DNA of 64,000 nt, from contig JAHEMG010000002.1 of the NCBI GenBank assembly GCA_024643755.1, positions 5,834 to 69,833 of the forward strand. The letters are read 5' to 3'. Positions 43,714 through 52,602 of the stretch are shown here, piece by piece. This DNA is from Flavobacteriales bacterium (GTDB taxonomy: Bacteria; Bacteroidota; Bacteroidia; NS11-12g; UBA955). Under the pieces are notes generated by a model, which was not told the DNA's origin, ran no database searches, and saw only the letters and a list, made by a program, of their open reading frames with translations. The translations under genes were made by a program, and so were the position numbers. Within the stretch, counting starts at the first letter, position 1, and each line of letters opens with the position of its first letter.

Positions 43714-46038
43714 ATGATGAGGCGAATTCTCTTGGTTTTGTGCGCGATTGTCCCTGCGATATTGATCGGCCAGAACGCAAAAAGCGATATACGGGGTTTT
43801 ATTTATGATGCCAATAATGGAGACCGATTGGTGGGGGCGAGTGTGTTTTGTGTGGGAGAGAATGCCAACAAAGCGGTTCCCGGTAGCGGTGATATTCGGT
43901 CGGTCCTTACCGATAATGATGGGTATTTCGCACTCACAGGCCTGTCTGTTGGCAATTATTTCGTACGCATTTCCATGTCGGGATTTGATACATTGATAGA
44001 GAAGGTTGCGGTTAAGTTGGGATCAAATACCAAAAAAGATTTTTACATCAGTCGCATTGCAAGCATTGGCGAAGTGAATATTTCTGTTCGATCCAAAGCC
44101 AAAGAAGCCCAAGTTTCTGTGACAACCGTGGATGCCAAAACCATCGCCAAGATGCCGGCCGTGGGTGCAGAGCCAGATATTTTGCAATACTTGCAAGTGT
44201 TGCCCGGGGTGGTTTTTAGCGGTGATCAGGGCGGACAGTTGTACATCCGGGGTGGTTCTCCCGTGATGAACAAGGTGATGCTCGATGGTTTGACCATCTA
44301 CAACCCGTTTCACTCCATTGGTTTGTTTTCTGTGTTTGAGACCGATTTGATTCAAACTGCCGACGTTTACAGTGCTGGGTTTGGTGCTGAGTACGGCGGT
44401 CGAGTATCGGCTGTGGTTGATTTGAAAACCCGCGATGCCAATCGCAACAGAACTACCATGAAAGTGGGGTTGACCACCTTTACCTCAAAGGCCCTTTTAG
44501 AAGTGCCGCTTAAGAAGTACAAGCAAGGCAAAGGCAACAGTTCTTTGGCCATCTCCTACAAGAATTCATTCTTGCGCGAATCGTCAAAATTGTTATACAA
44601 CTACGCAAATCCTGAAAAGCTGCCTTACAACTTTGGTGATTTGTTTATCAAAGCCAGCTTCAATAGCAGCAATGGTGGTTACTCCAAATTGTATGGATTC
44701 CGCTTTGGTGATAATGTGGCGTTTCCGGGTTCTACCAGTTACAATTGGACATCCACCGGGGTAGGAGGAAAGTTCTTGGTTGTGCCAGAACAAGCCAAAA
44801 CCCGCGTAGATGGTTATTTTTTGTGGAGTGAATATCGCATCGAACAAAAGGAACAAGATGCCCGTCCGCGCAGTAGCTCTATCGGTGGATTTAACTTGGG
44901 GATGAATTTTGGATACAATTTCCGTCGCGACGACCTAAAATGGGGCCTCGAGATGAATGGATTCCAAACCAATTTTGAATTGTATAACTCCAACAATCGT
45001 CGCATTTCGCAACTTGAGAGTACCACAGAGATCAACACCTTCGTGAATTATCGCGTAGTTCGCAAAAAGCTGGTATCGAACCTGGGAATGAGGGCGCAGT
45101 ATTACGCATCGCTCGGAAACAGCAGCTTTGAACCTCGCTTCCAACTTCGCTATATGCCTTGGAAATCGATGGGTATCAAATTGGCCGTGGGTGCCTATTC
45201 GCAGAATTTCTTGTCGGCCATGAGCGATCGCGATGTAGTGAACTTGTTTTATGGATTTTTGTCGGGACCAGATAACTTACCTGATTCTTTCAACGGCAAA
45301 CCGGTAACCCATGCCCTGCAAAAGGCCCGTCACGCGGTGTTTGGCTTCGATTATCGCATCAACAAGAAACACACCATCAACGTAGAGTCTTTTGTGAAAT
45401 TGTTTGATCAAATCACCAATATCAATCGCGATAAATTGTTCGAAGACGATGAGTTTAACTTAGACAAGCCACAGCGATTGCGTCAGAATTTTATCGTAGA
45501 AGAGGGTAACGCATACGGGGGCGATATTAGCTATAAATTCACCGACAAGCGTTGGTATGTATGGACGGTGTACTCACTTACATGGGTGAATCGCTTCGAT
45601 GGCAATGTTCAGTATCAGCCCAATTTCGATCGTCGACACAATGCCAATTTCTTGGTTAACTATGAGATGGGTAAGAAAAACCCCGTGGAATTATCGTTGC
45701 GATGGAATTTCGGATCGGGTTTTCCCTTTACCCAAACCCAAGGGTACTACGAGAAGTTTAATTTTCAGCAGGGCTTGAGTACGGATTATACCACGTCGAA
45801 CGGACAGTTGGGCGTTGTGTATGCCAATATCAATCAGGGTCGATTGCCGTATTATCACCGGTTGGATTTTTCTGCACGCAAGAAATGGGTGATTTCGAAA
45901 ACCCGCGAGTTCAATTTGATGTTCAGTTTGACCAACGTGTACAACCGCAACAACATTTTCTACTTTGACCGCATCACACGGAAGCGTGTAGACCAGTTGC
46001 CTATTTTGCCAGCTTTGGGCTGTAATTACAGCTTCTAA
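43714..46038 (+). CDS. TonB-dependent receptor-like outer-membrane protein (carboxypeptidase-regulatory-like N-domain + plug + barrel)
   Basis: Signal peptide MMRRILLVLCAIVPAILIGQ. A CarbopepD_reg-like segment (IRGFIYDANNGDRLVGASV...TDNDGYFALTGLSVGNYFVRISMSGF) is followed by a plug (TVDAKTIAKMPAVGAEPDILQYLQVLPGV...GGSPVMNKVMLDGLTIYNPFH). The C-terminus is ...GCNYSF. Confidence 0.8.
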   Translation: MMRRILLVLCAIVPAILIGQNAKSDIRGFIYDANNGDRLVGASVFCVGENANKAVPGSGDIRSVLTDNDGYFALTGLSVGNYFVRISMSGFDTLIEKVAVKLGSNTKKDFYISRIASIGEVNISVRSKAKEAQVSVTTVDAKTIAKMPAVGAEPDILQYLQVLPGVVFSGDQGGQLYIRGGSPVMNKVMLDGLTIYNPFHSIGLFSVFETDLIQTADVYSAGFGAEYGGRVSAVVDLKTRDANRNRTTMKVGLTTFTSKALLEVPLKKYKQGKGNSSLAISYKNSFLRESSKLLYNYANPEKLPYNFGDLFIKASFNSSNGGYSKLYGFRFGDNVAFPGSTSYNWTSTGVGGKFLVVPEQAKTRVDGYFLWSEYRIEQKEQDARPRSSSIGGFNLGMNFGYNFRRDDLKWGLEMNGFQTNFELYNSNNRRISQLESTTEINTFVNYRVVRKKLVSNLGMRAQYYASLGNSSFEPRFQLRYMPWKSMGIKLAVGAYSQNFLSAMSDRDVVNLFYGFLSGPDNLPDSFNGKPVTHALQKARHAVFGFDYRINKKHTINVESFVKLFDQITNINRDKLFEDDEFNLDKPQRLRQNFIVEEGNAYGGDISYKFTDKRWYVWTVYSLTWVNRFDGNVQYQPNFDRRHNANFLVNYEMGKKNPVELSLRWNFGSGFPFTQTQGYYEKFNFQQGLSTDYTTSNGQLGVVYANINQGRLPYYHRLDFSARKKWVISKTREFNLMFSLTNVYNRNNIFYFDRITRKRVDQLPILPALGCNYSF

Positions 46039-46042
46039 GCGA

Positions 46043-48679
46043 TTACAGCTGGTTGTTTAGGATGCCTTGGATGGCCTGAAGTTTTAGCAGCGCCTCAATG
46101 GGCGTAAGTGTATTGATGTCGATACCACCGCAGAGTTTCTTGACCTGAATCATCTTTGGGTCCTCGGTTTGGAACATGTTCATTTGGTAGACGGGTTTGG
46201 CATCGGTTTTTTTCAGCGTTTTCTGGGGCGATAGGTTGGTGCGATCCTCTTCCAAGCGATTGAGGATCTCTGTGGCGCGCAAAAGCACGGCATTGGGGAT
46301 ACCGGCGAGCTGGGCCACGTGGATACCAAAGCTGTGTTCGCTACCACCGGCAGTGAGTTTGCGTAAAAAGATGATCTGACTGCCTTGTTCTTTGATGGAG
46401 ATGTGGTAATTGCGAATGCCCGGACACTTTGATTCTAGCTCGTTTAGCTCGTGGTAGTGCGTGGCAAACAAGGTTTTGGGTTGAGAGGGGTGTGAGTGTA
46501 TGTATTCTGCGATACTCCAAGCCAGTGAAACACCATCGTAAGTAGAGGTGCCTCGGCCAATTTCATCCAATAACACCAAGCTGCGGTCGCTCAAGTTGTT
46601 CAAAATGCTGGCAGTTTCCGTCATTTCCACCATGAATGTACTTTCACCCACCGAAATGTTATCAGAGGCACCAACGCGGGTGTAAATTTTGTCTACCACA
46701 CCAATTTCTGCGGCGCTACACGGTGCGTAACAACCGATTTGGGCGAGGATGACAGCCAGGGCGGTTTGACGTAAGATGGCGCTTTTACCGCTCATGTTGG
46801 GTCCCGTTAATATGATGATTCGCTGGGCTTCTTTGTCGAGCTGAATGGTATTCGGGATATACGATTCTCCCGGCGGCAATTGGTATTCAATGACGGGGTG
46901 TCGACAATCCTTTAACAGCAAATCATACCCATCATTCATACTGGGCTTGCAATAGTTGTTATCCATCGCCAATTGCGCAAAGCCCGCCAATACATCGAGT
47001 TCGGCCAGTAAGTTGGCTTGCAGTTGCAAGGCAGGTACGAATTCAGCCATGGAAGTGAGTAGGAGTTCCCATATTTCTGACTCCAACGCCAAAATGCGAT
47101 CTTCTGCATTTAGGATTTTCTCTTCGTATACCTTGAGTTCAGGTGTGATGTATCGTTCAGCGTTGGTGAGGGTTTGTTTTCGTATCCAATCCTCAGGTGC
47201 TTTGTCTTTGTGGGAGTTGGTGACTTCCAAATAATACCCAAAAACGTTGTTGAAGCCAATTTTGAGCGAGCTGATACCCGAGCGCTCTATTTCTTGCTGT
47301 TGGATTTCAATCAGTTTGTCTTTTCCCGATGTGGTGAGGCCGCGAAGCTCTTCCAGTTCCGGGTGGACATGCGATTTGAAAATACCTCCTTTGGCAGCAA
47401 CAGCGGGGGCATCGGCCAATATTTGATCCATGATCAAGTGCTGTAACTGTGGCAGCGAATCGATTTTCTTTGCCAGCGATTGCAACTGAGGATCTTGGCT
47501 GTTTTCAAACAAGACCTTGCTTTCTTGTAGGTTTTCTAGGCCGTATCCGAGCATGAGGCATTCTCTCGGACCGATTTTTCTCAAAGCGACTTTTGATACC
47601 AATCGCTGGAGATCTCCAATTTGCTTCATTGTATCGCGAAACGACGATGTTTCTGAAGTGTTATTGAGGAATACTTCAACTTGATTGTGTCGGGCTTCAA
47701 TGGCGGATCTATCAATCAGCGGGAATACCAGCCACTGTCGCAGCAATCGCGCCCCCATGGCGGTGCAGGTTTTGTCAATAACATCAATGAGTGATGTGCC
47801 TCCTTGATAAATGGGCCTAACGAGTTCTAGGTTACGGGCGGTAAATCCATCAATCCAAACCGAATCATGTTCGTCGATGCGAGAAATCCGATTGATATGG
47901 GCGATGTGATGGTGGTGGGTGAGGTTCAGGTATTGCAGGGTAGCCGCCGCTGCCGCTATTGCCAAGGGCATCTCGGCAATGCCGTACCCTTTGAGGTTTT
48001 GGGTTTTAAACTGTCGACAAAGCGCTTCCTCTGCGGTACTGGCCTCATACACCCATGATTCCAAGGTTTGGAATGAGCTTGGCATGCCCAGGAGTTCCTG
48101 TACCAGCGATTGTTGCTGTTTGGACATGAGCCATTCCGCGGGTTTGTAGGCATCGATCAGTTTTTTGATGGATACGATCGAACCCTCCGATACGTGAAAC
48201 TCACCCGTGGAAATATCCAAGAACGCCACCGCCCATTGCATGTTTCGTTCGTACACCGAAGCCAAATAATTGCTTTGTTTGGTCTCAAGGACTTTGTCGT
48301 TGTAGCTCACACCCGGAGTGACGAGTTCTGTAACGCCCCGCTTTACGATGGTCTTGGTCTTTTTGGGGTCTTCCAGTTGGTCGCATATGGCCACGCGATA
48401 ACCAGCTTTCACCAAACGCGGCAAGTAGTTGTCCAACGAGTGATGGGGGAATCCCGCCAAATCTTGGTCAGAAGCAGCACCATTGGATCGTTTTGTTAAG
48501 ACGATGCCCAATACTTTCGAAGCGATGCGTGCATCTTCACTAAACGTCTCGTAAAAATCACCCACTCTAAACAATAGAATAGCACCAGGGTATTGCGCCT
48601 TGATGCTGTGATATTGCTTCATGAGCGGTGTTTCTTTGTCTGTACTTGCTCCTGCCATAAACCCCAAAATTACAGCCAT
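46043..48679 (-). CDS. mutS: DNA mismatch repair protein MutS
   Basis: TPLMKQYHSIKAQYPGAILLFRVGDFYE (domain I), Walker A GPNMSGKS, and LLDEIGRGTSTYDG. The start may instead be Met 48658. Confidence 0.95.
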   Translation of the reverse strand: MAVILGFMAGASTDKETPLMKQYHSIKAQYPGAILLFRVGDFYETFSEDARIASKVLGIVLTKRSNGAASDQDLAGFPHHSLDNYLPRLVKAGYRVAICDQLEDPKKTKTIVKRGVTELVTPGVSYNDKVLETKQSNYLASVYERNMQWAVAFLDISTGEFHVSEGSIVSIKKLIDAYKPAEWLMSKQQQSLVQELLGMPSSFQTLESWVYEASTAEEALCRQFKTQNLKGYGIAEMPLAIAAAAATLQYLNLTHHHHIAHINRISRIDEHDSVWIDGFTARNLELVRPIYQGGTSLIDVIDKTCTAMGARLLRQWLVFPLIDRSAIEARHNQVEVFLNNTSETSSFRDTMKQIGDLQRLVSKVALRKIGPRECLMLGYGLENLQESKVLFENSQDPQLQSLAKKIDSLPQLQHLIMDQILADAPAVAAKGGIFKSHVHPELEELRGLTTSGKDKLIEIQQQEIERSGISSLKIGFNNVFGYYLEVTNSHKDKAPEDWIRKQTLTNAERYITPELKVYEEKILNAEDRILALESEIWELLLTSMAEFVPALQLQANLLAELDVLAGFAQLAMDNNYCKPSMNDGYDLLLKDCRHPVIEYQLPPGESYIPNTIQLDKEAQRIIILTGPNMSGKSAILRQTALAVILAQIGCYAPCSAAEIGVVDKIYTRVGASDNISVGESTFMVEMTETASILNNLSDRSLVLLDEIGRGTSTYDGVSLAWSIAEYIHSHPSQPKTLFATHYHELNELESKCPGIRNYHISIKEQGSQIIFLRKLTAGGSEHSFGIHVAQLAGIPNAVLLRATEILNRLEEDRTNLSPQKTLKKTDAKPVYQMNMFQTEDPKMIQVKKLCGGIDINTLTPIEALLKLQAIQGILNNQL

Positions 48680-48731
48680 TTCCTAGGCCGATTTCCACAT
48701 TTGTAGGTCCTTTTTCCCCATTGAAATTAAG

Positions 48732-48739
48732 TATCTTTG
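48732..48739 (+). promoter_or_regulatory. -7 box TATCTTTG
   Basis: Exact TAnnTTTG match inside the track ORF's 5' end, 5 nt upstream of the GTG at 48745. Confidence 0.5.
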
Positions 48740-48744
48740 TGTTT

Positions 48745-49269
48745 GTGAAAAAATTGGTAGGGACAGACTTGCACAGGTTGAGCGTCGAGGACTTTAAAAC
48801 AGCCCAGAAATGGCCGTTTGCGGTGGTACTAGACAATGTGCGGAGTATGAACAATGTAGGTTCTGTAATGCGCACTTGCGATGCTTTTTTGTGCGATACC
48901 CTGTATCTGTGCGGCATTACCGCTACACCCCCTCACCGGGATATCACCAAAACAGCCATTGGTGCGGAAAATTCTGTCAGATGGATTTATAGTGAATCAA
49001 CGATTGAGTCAATAATCGCATTGAAATCAAGGGGTTTTATAGTATATGCCATCGAGCAAACCAGTACTTCGGTGATGCTGCAGTCAGTGCGGTTCAACGA
49101 TCAGCCGGTGGCTTTTGTGTTTGGCAATGAGATTGATGGGGTAGCTGCCGAAGTGATACATGCATGTGATGGGGTTATTGAAATACCGCAGCTGGGAACC
49201 AAACACTCATTCAACATCGCTGTTTCTTGTGGAATGTTACTCTGGGAATATGCCAGAACCCGCGTGTAA
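48745..49269 (+). CDS. SpoU/TrmH-family RNA 2'-O-methyltransferase
   Basis: VVLDNVRSMNNVGSVMRTCDAF, FVFGNEIDGV and IPQLGTKHSFNIAVSCGMLLWE (SPOUT knot motifs). I chose the GTG start at 48745 because the track start at 48721 would include the promoter box; the exact start is uncertain. Confidence 0.75.
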   Translation: MKKLVGTDLHRLSVEDFKTAQKWPFAVVLDNVRSMNNVGSVMRTCDAFLCDTLYLCGITATPPHRDITKTAIGAENSVRWIYSESTIESIIALKSRGFIVYAIEQTSTSVMLQSVRFNDQPVAFVFGNEIDGVAAEVIHACDGVIEIPQLGTKHSFNIAVSCGMLLWEYARTRV

Positions 49270-49274
49270 ATACC

Positions 49275-49892
49275 ATGAAGCAAGTACAATCAAATCTCCC
49301 TGTTATTCCTAAAAACAAACGATTTTGTTGGGGTTGGGGGTTGATTTTGTTGGGGTTGGTTTGCTTGCAAATTTCTTGTGTAAATCAAGGGAGTGGTACC
49401 CAAAAGGTGACTATTGATGGTGATTCATCGTTAATTATCGATGAATTTCGAAGCAGATTCGAAAGTGGCCAATACCTCTGCGTTATTTCGTATTCAAGCG
49501 AATGTCCCATCGCCAAATCCTACATCAAAACCATTCAATCGCTACATGAGCGCTATAAAGACAGGGTGACCTTTTGTTTGCTAAACCCTGGGGTGGGCGG
49601 AAAATCCATAGGTGGGTTGCAAGATTGTGTGTTTCATGATCCCCAGTTGTTCATTTGTAATCGCTATGGCATCAAGGTATATCCCCAAGTTGTTGTGGTG
49701 AATTGCTTGACAAGAAAAGTTATGTATGCAGGGAAGATTGATGACAGGGCAGTTTCTTTGGGTGCGGTGAAATCTCAGGCGACAATTCCATACTTGGAGA
49801 TGGCTTTGTCTCAGTTGGTTGAAAAGGGTGTTGTGCATGTCCATAGCAATGAAGCTATTGGGTGTTTTGTGGGTGATATCGGACTTAAATAA
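49275..49892 (+). CDS. lipoprotein with thioredoxin-like fold features, no CxxC
   Basis: From Met 49275: a TM/signal segment with lipobox (LVCLQISC), then YLCVISYSSECPIAKSY (SECP where redoxins carry CxxC) and KVYPQVVVVN (a cis-Pro-like motif). The family assignment is tentative. Confidence 0.45.
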   Translation: MKQVQSNLPVIPKNKRFCWGWGLILLGLVCLQISCVNQGSGTQKVTIDGDSSLIIDEFRSRFESGQYLCVISYSSECPIAKSYIKTIQSLHERYKDRVTFCLLNPGVGGKSIGGLQDCVFHDPQLFICNRYGIKVYPQVVVVNCLTRKVMYAGKIDDRAVSLGAVKSQATIPYLEMALSQLVEKGVVHVHSNEAIGCFVGDIGLK

Positions 49893-49902
49893 ATAGAATA
49901 TA

Positions 49903-51291
49903 TTGAAATACAAATATTTATATATCATTGTTTTTGTATTGGTTACTTTAACTATTGGTTGTGGTAGCGAAAGCAAGGAGGCCGGGGTGCCAGAAAATCC
50001 CACTTTTGGGGAGCATGTGGCGCCTATATTGGCGAAAAACTGTTTGCCTTGTCATCGCGAAAACGGGGCTGCGCCTTTTTCTTTGGAGCGATTTGATGCG
50101 GTAAAGAAGCGGGCCAAAACCATCGCAAAAGTTACATTGAATCGCATCATGCCACCTTGGCCCGCGGATCCGAATTATACCCATTTTGTGGGTGAAAAGG
50201 TGTTAACCGAACAAGAAATCAGTACCATTCAGCGATGGGTAGAACAAGGTGCGGTTGAGGGAAATGCCAACTACGTTTATGTCGCACCGCAGCACTTCCG
50301 AAGCAGCATTCGCAAACCGGATTTGGTGGTGCCATTTGATTCAGTATCGCTGCGGGAAGGTGATGTAGATCGCTTTTTCATTAGTAAGTCGCAGGTACAG
50401 CTCAATCGCAAGCGGTATATCGCCGCATTGGAGTTGGTGCCTTCTTCGATGGGTATGATTCATCATGCGAATGGTCATTTGTTGTTGTATCCCGAAGGGA
50501 CAAAGAAAAAGGGAGCGAGAACTACGGGCAAGATCGAGACTACACGAGGCGTGAATACAAAGTCCTTTGAGCAGTTAAATTTGCTGTTGGATGATGGTTC
50601 GGTGCCTATGCGTGTGCACTCGGCGTTTAATTATCTGCCAGGGGTTGAGGGCATTGAGTATCCTCCGGGGATTGGCGGGTACGAAGTTACCCGGGATTTT
50701 GCAGCGGTCATGAACGATGTGCATTACGGTCCGTCTGATACCAACCTCACCGACAAGCCCGTGTTGAATGTGTTTTTTACCGATGTTGCACCCAAGCGCG
50801 CAACGGGGGAATTGATGTTGGGAACCAATGGCGTAAGTAAAATTGTCCCCCCACTGGTGGTGCCCGCAAACAAAATCACTAAGCACAGCACGCGCTACAC
50901 GATTGATGCGGATATTTCTGTCCTAACGATCAATCCGCATTTGCATCAATTGGGGAAGTCGTTCTGGGCATTTGCCATCAAGCCCAATGGCGACACCATT
51001 CATTTGATTCGTATTCCCCGATGGAACTTTAATTGGCAGTATTTTTATACTTTCAAAACGATGGTTAGAATACCTGCGGGTTCGGAAATTGTGGCTATTG
51101 CGGAGTTCGACAACACACGTGCTAACCCATACAATCCCAACAATCCACCCAAAACGGTGGCAGAGCGATGGGAGTTTGGTGGTGCGAGCATGCGGGCATC
51201 GGATGAAATGTTTCAGTTCATCCTGACATACACGGCTTATCAAAAAGGCGATGAAAGCATATCTTTGGAAAGAAAAAAGTCTAAACCATGA
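49903..51291 (+). CDS. lipoprotein fusing a heme-c (CxxCH) domain to a PHM/DBH-like type-2 copper monooxygenase domain
   Basis: TTG start and lipobox (LTIGC). CLPCH (C47-H51) lies in an N-terminal domain with the ...MPPWPAD motif. Candidate Cu ligands are H187-H188, H346-L-H348, WNFNWQ and SDEM(436)F, as in peptidylglycine alpha-hydroxylating monooxygenase. Confidence 0.65.
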   Translation: MKYKYLYIIVFVLVTLTIGCGSESKEAGVPENPTFGEHVAPILAKNCLPCHRENGAAPFSLERFDAVKKRAKTIAKVTLNRIMPPWPADPNYTHFVGEKVLTEQEISTIQRWVEQGAVEGNANYVYVAPQHFRSSIRKPDLVVPFDSVSLREGDVDRFFISKSQVQLNRKRYIAALELVPSSMGMIHHANGHLLLYPEGTKKKGARTTGKIETTRGVNTKSFEQLNLLLDDGSVPMRVHSAFNYLPGVEGIEYPPGIGGYEVTRDFAAVMNDVHYGPSDTNLTDKPVLNVFFTDVAPKRATGELMLGTNGVSKIVPPLVVPANKITKHSTRYTIDADISVLTINPHLHQLGKSFWAFAIKPNGDTIHLIRIPRWNFNWQYFYTFKTMVRIPAGSEIVAIAEFDNTRANPYNPNNPPKTVAERWEFGGASMRASDEMFQFILTYTAYQKGDESISLERKKSKP

Positions 51292-52427
51292 CATCATTGG
51301 ATAAAAGCAAGGGGTCATTTTCCCTCATAGAAGTGTTCACTGAAAAGGATCGTGCTTTGTTTCATCGGGTTTTGGATCAGGTGTATGCGCAGGACCCGGC
51401 CTTTATCTATCCGCTTGAGGCAGACGTGGAGGGTATATTTGATCCTGCAAAGAACAAATCCTTTCAAAGTGGGTCGGCCCGTAGATGGATACTCTTGGAT
51501 ACGGCCGGCCGGCCGGCCGGCCGTATCGCTGCGTTTTATACCCAGAAACCCAAATCAGGTAAGCGCGGAGGCATCGGTTTTTTTGAATGTATTGAAAATC
51601 GCGAAATGGCGATGGAGTTATGGAATACTGCGGAGGCATGGTTGGAGGAGGAGCAGTGTTTGACCATTGACGCACCCATTAATTTTGGCGATCGCGACAG
51701 TTTTTGGGGATTGCTGATAACAGCTGAAAACCCAGTATCATACAGAGAGAGTTATAATCCCACCTATTACCAAGCTTGGATACAGGAGCATGGTTATCAA
51801 TTGGAAATTGAGCAGACTACTTACGACATTACCAATAATACCTTTAACTATGAGCGGTTTAGCAAAATTGCGGGTAGGGTAATGGCGAAGGAAAATTATC
51901 GCTTCGTATACTTGGACTATGGCAACCTGTCGAAGTTTTCAGCTGATTTTGTGCGAATCTACAACGAGGCCTGGGCCTTTCATGAAGATTTCGAACCCCT
52001 CACCCCCGAGGTGTTGAACAAACGCTTGAAAGAGGTAAAGCCCGCGATGCCATCAAATTTTGCTGTGTTTGCCTACGACAATGACCGTCCGATTGGCTTT
52101 TTTATCGCCATACTGGAAATCAACCAAGTATTTCAACGATTCAAAGGCAAGATGGGGATTTGGCAGCAGTTGCAGTTTCTGTGGCACAGAGGCAGTATCA
52201 ATAAGGCGAAAGGGATTGTGTTTGGTGTAGTGCCCGACTATCATAATTTGGGGATTGAGACTGCGTTGATCATGAAATTTCACGAAGGGTTGAAAAATAT
52301 GAAAAAGGTGAAAAGCATGGAATTGGCCTGGATTGGCGATTTTAATCCAAAGATGATCAGTATGTTAGAAAGCTTGGGCGCCACAAAGACCAAGATTCAC
52401 CATACATATCGAAAAGAAATTTCTTAA
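51288..52427 (+). CDS. GNAT-fold acyltransferase-like protein, substrate unknown
   Basis: 379 aa. The C-terminal half has a GNAT motif-A-like segment (GIVFGVVPDYHNLGIETALIMKF) and ...NPKMISMLESLGA. An ATGA overlap couples it to the upstream gene. Confidence 0.55.
   Translation: MTSLDKSKGSFSLIEVFTEKDRALFHRVLDQVYAQDPAFIYPLEADVEGIFDPAKNKSFQSGSARRWILLDTAGRPAGRIAAFYTQKPKSGKRGGIGFFECIENREMAMELWNTAEAWLEEEQCLTIDAPINFGDRDSFWGLLITAENPVSYRESYNPTYYQAWIQEHGYQLEIEQTTYDITNNTFNYERFSKIAGRVMAKENYRFVYLDYGNLSKFSADFVRIYNEAWAFHEDFEPLTPEVLNKRLKEVKPAMPSNFAVFAYDNDRPIGFFIAILEINQVFQRFKGKMGIWQQLQFLWHRGSINKAKGIVFGVVPDYHNLGIETALIMKFHEGLKNMKKVKSMELAWIGDFNPKMISMLESLGATKTKIHHTYRKEIS
51503..51522. repeat. (GGCC)5 tetranucleotide tract inside the GNAT-like CDS
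   Basis: GGCCGGCCGGCCGGCCGGCC read directly. With flanks it forms the 24-nt palindrome ACGGCC...GGCCGT (51501-51524). It encodes TAGRPAGR. Confidence 0.95.
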
Positions 52428-52455
52428 AAAGATTTGATTTTTCGGTGTAGAGGTG

Positions 52456-52463
52456 TATTTTTG
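52456..52463 (+). promoter_or_regulatory. -7 box TATTTTTG for tRNA-Lys
   Basis: Exact TAnnTTTG match 31 nt upstream of the tRNA 5' end. Confidence 0.55.
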
Positions 52464-52494
52464 CACCTCCTTAAAACGAAAGAAAAAAGGAAAT

Positions 52495-52567
52495 GATTCC
52501 GTAGCTCAGTTGGTAGAGCAATACACTTTTAATGTATGGGTCCTGGGTTCGAGTCCCAGCGGGATCA
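52495..52567 (+). tRNA. tRNA-Lys (anticodon UUU)
   Basis: GATTCCG-TA-GCTC-AGTTGGTA-GAGC-A-ATACA-CTTTTAA-TGTAT-GGGTC-CTGGG-TTCGAGT-CCCAG-CGGGATC-A. CCA is encoded at 52568-52570. Confidence 0.93.
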
Positions 52568-52574
52568 CCACCAA

Positions 52575-52602
52575 AGCCTCAAAGAAATTTGAGGCTTTTT
52601 TT
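52575..52602. terminator. intrinsic terminator after tRNA-Lys (shared with convergent acyltransferase gene)
   Basis: AGCCTC-(10-nt loop)-GAGGCT followed by a T-run of 7. It overlaps the stop codon of the minus-strand gene ending at 52601. Confidence 0.7.
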
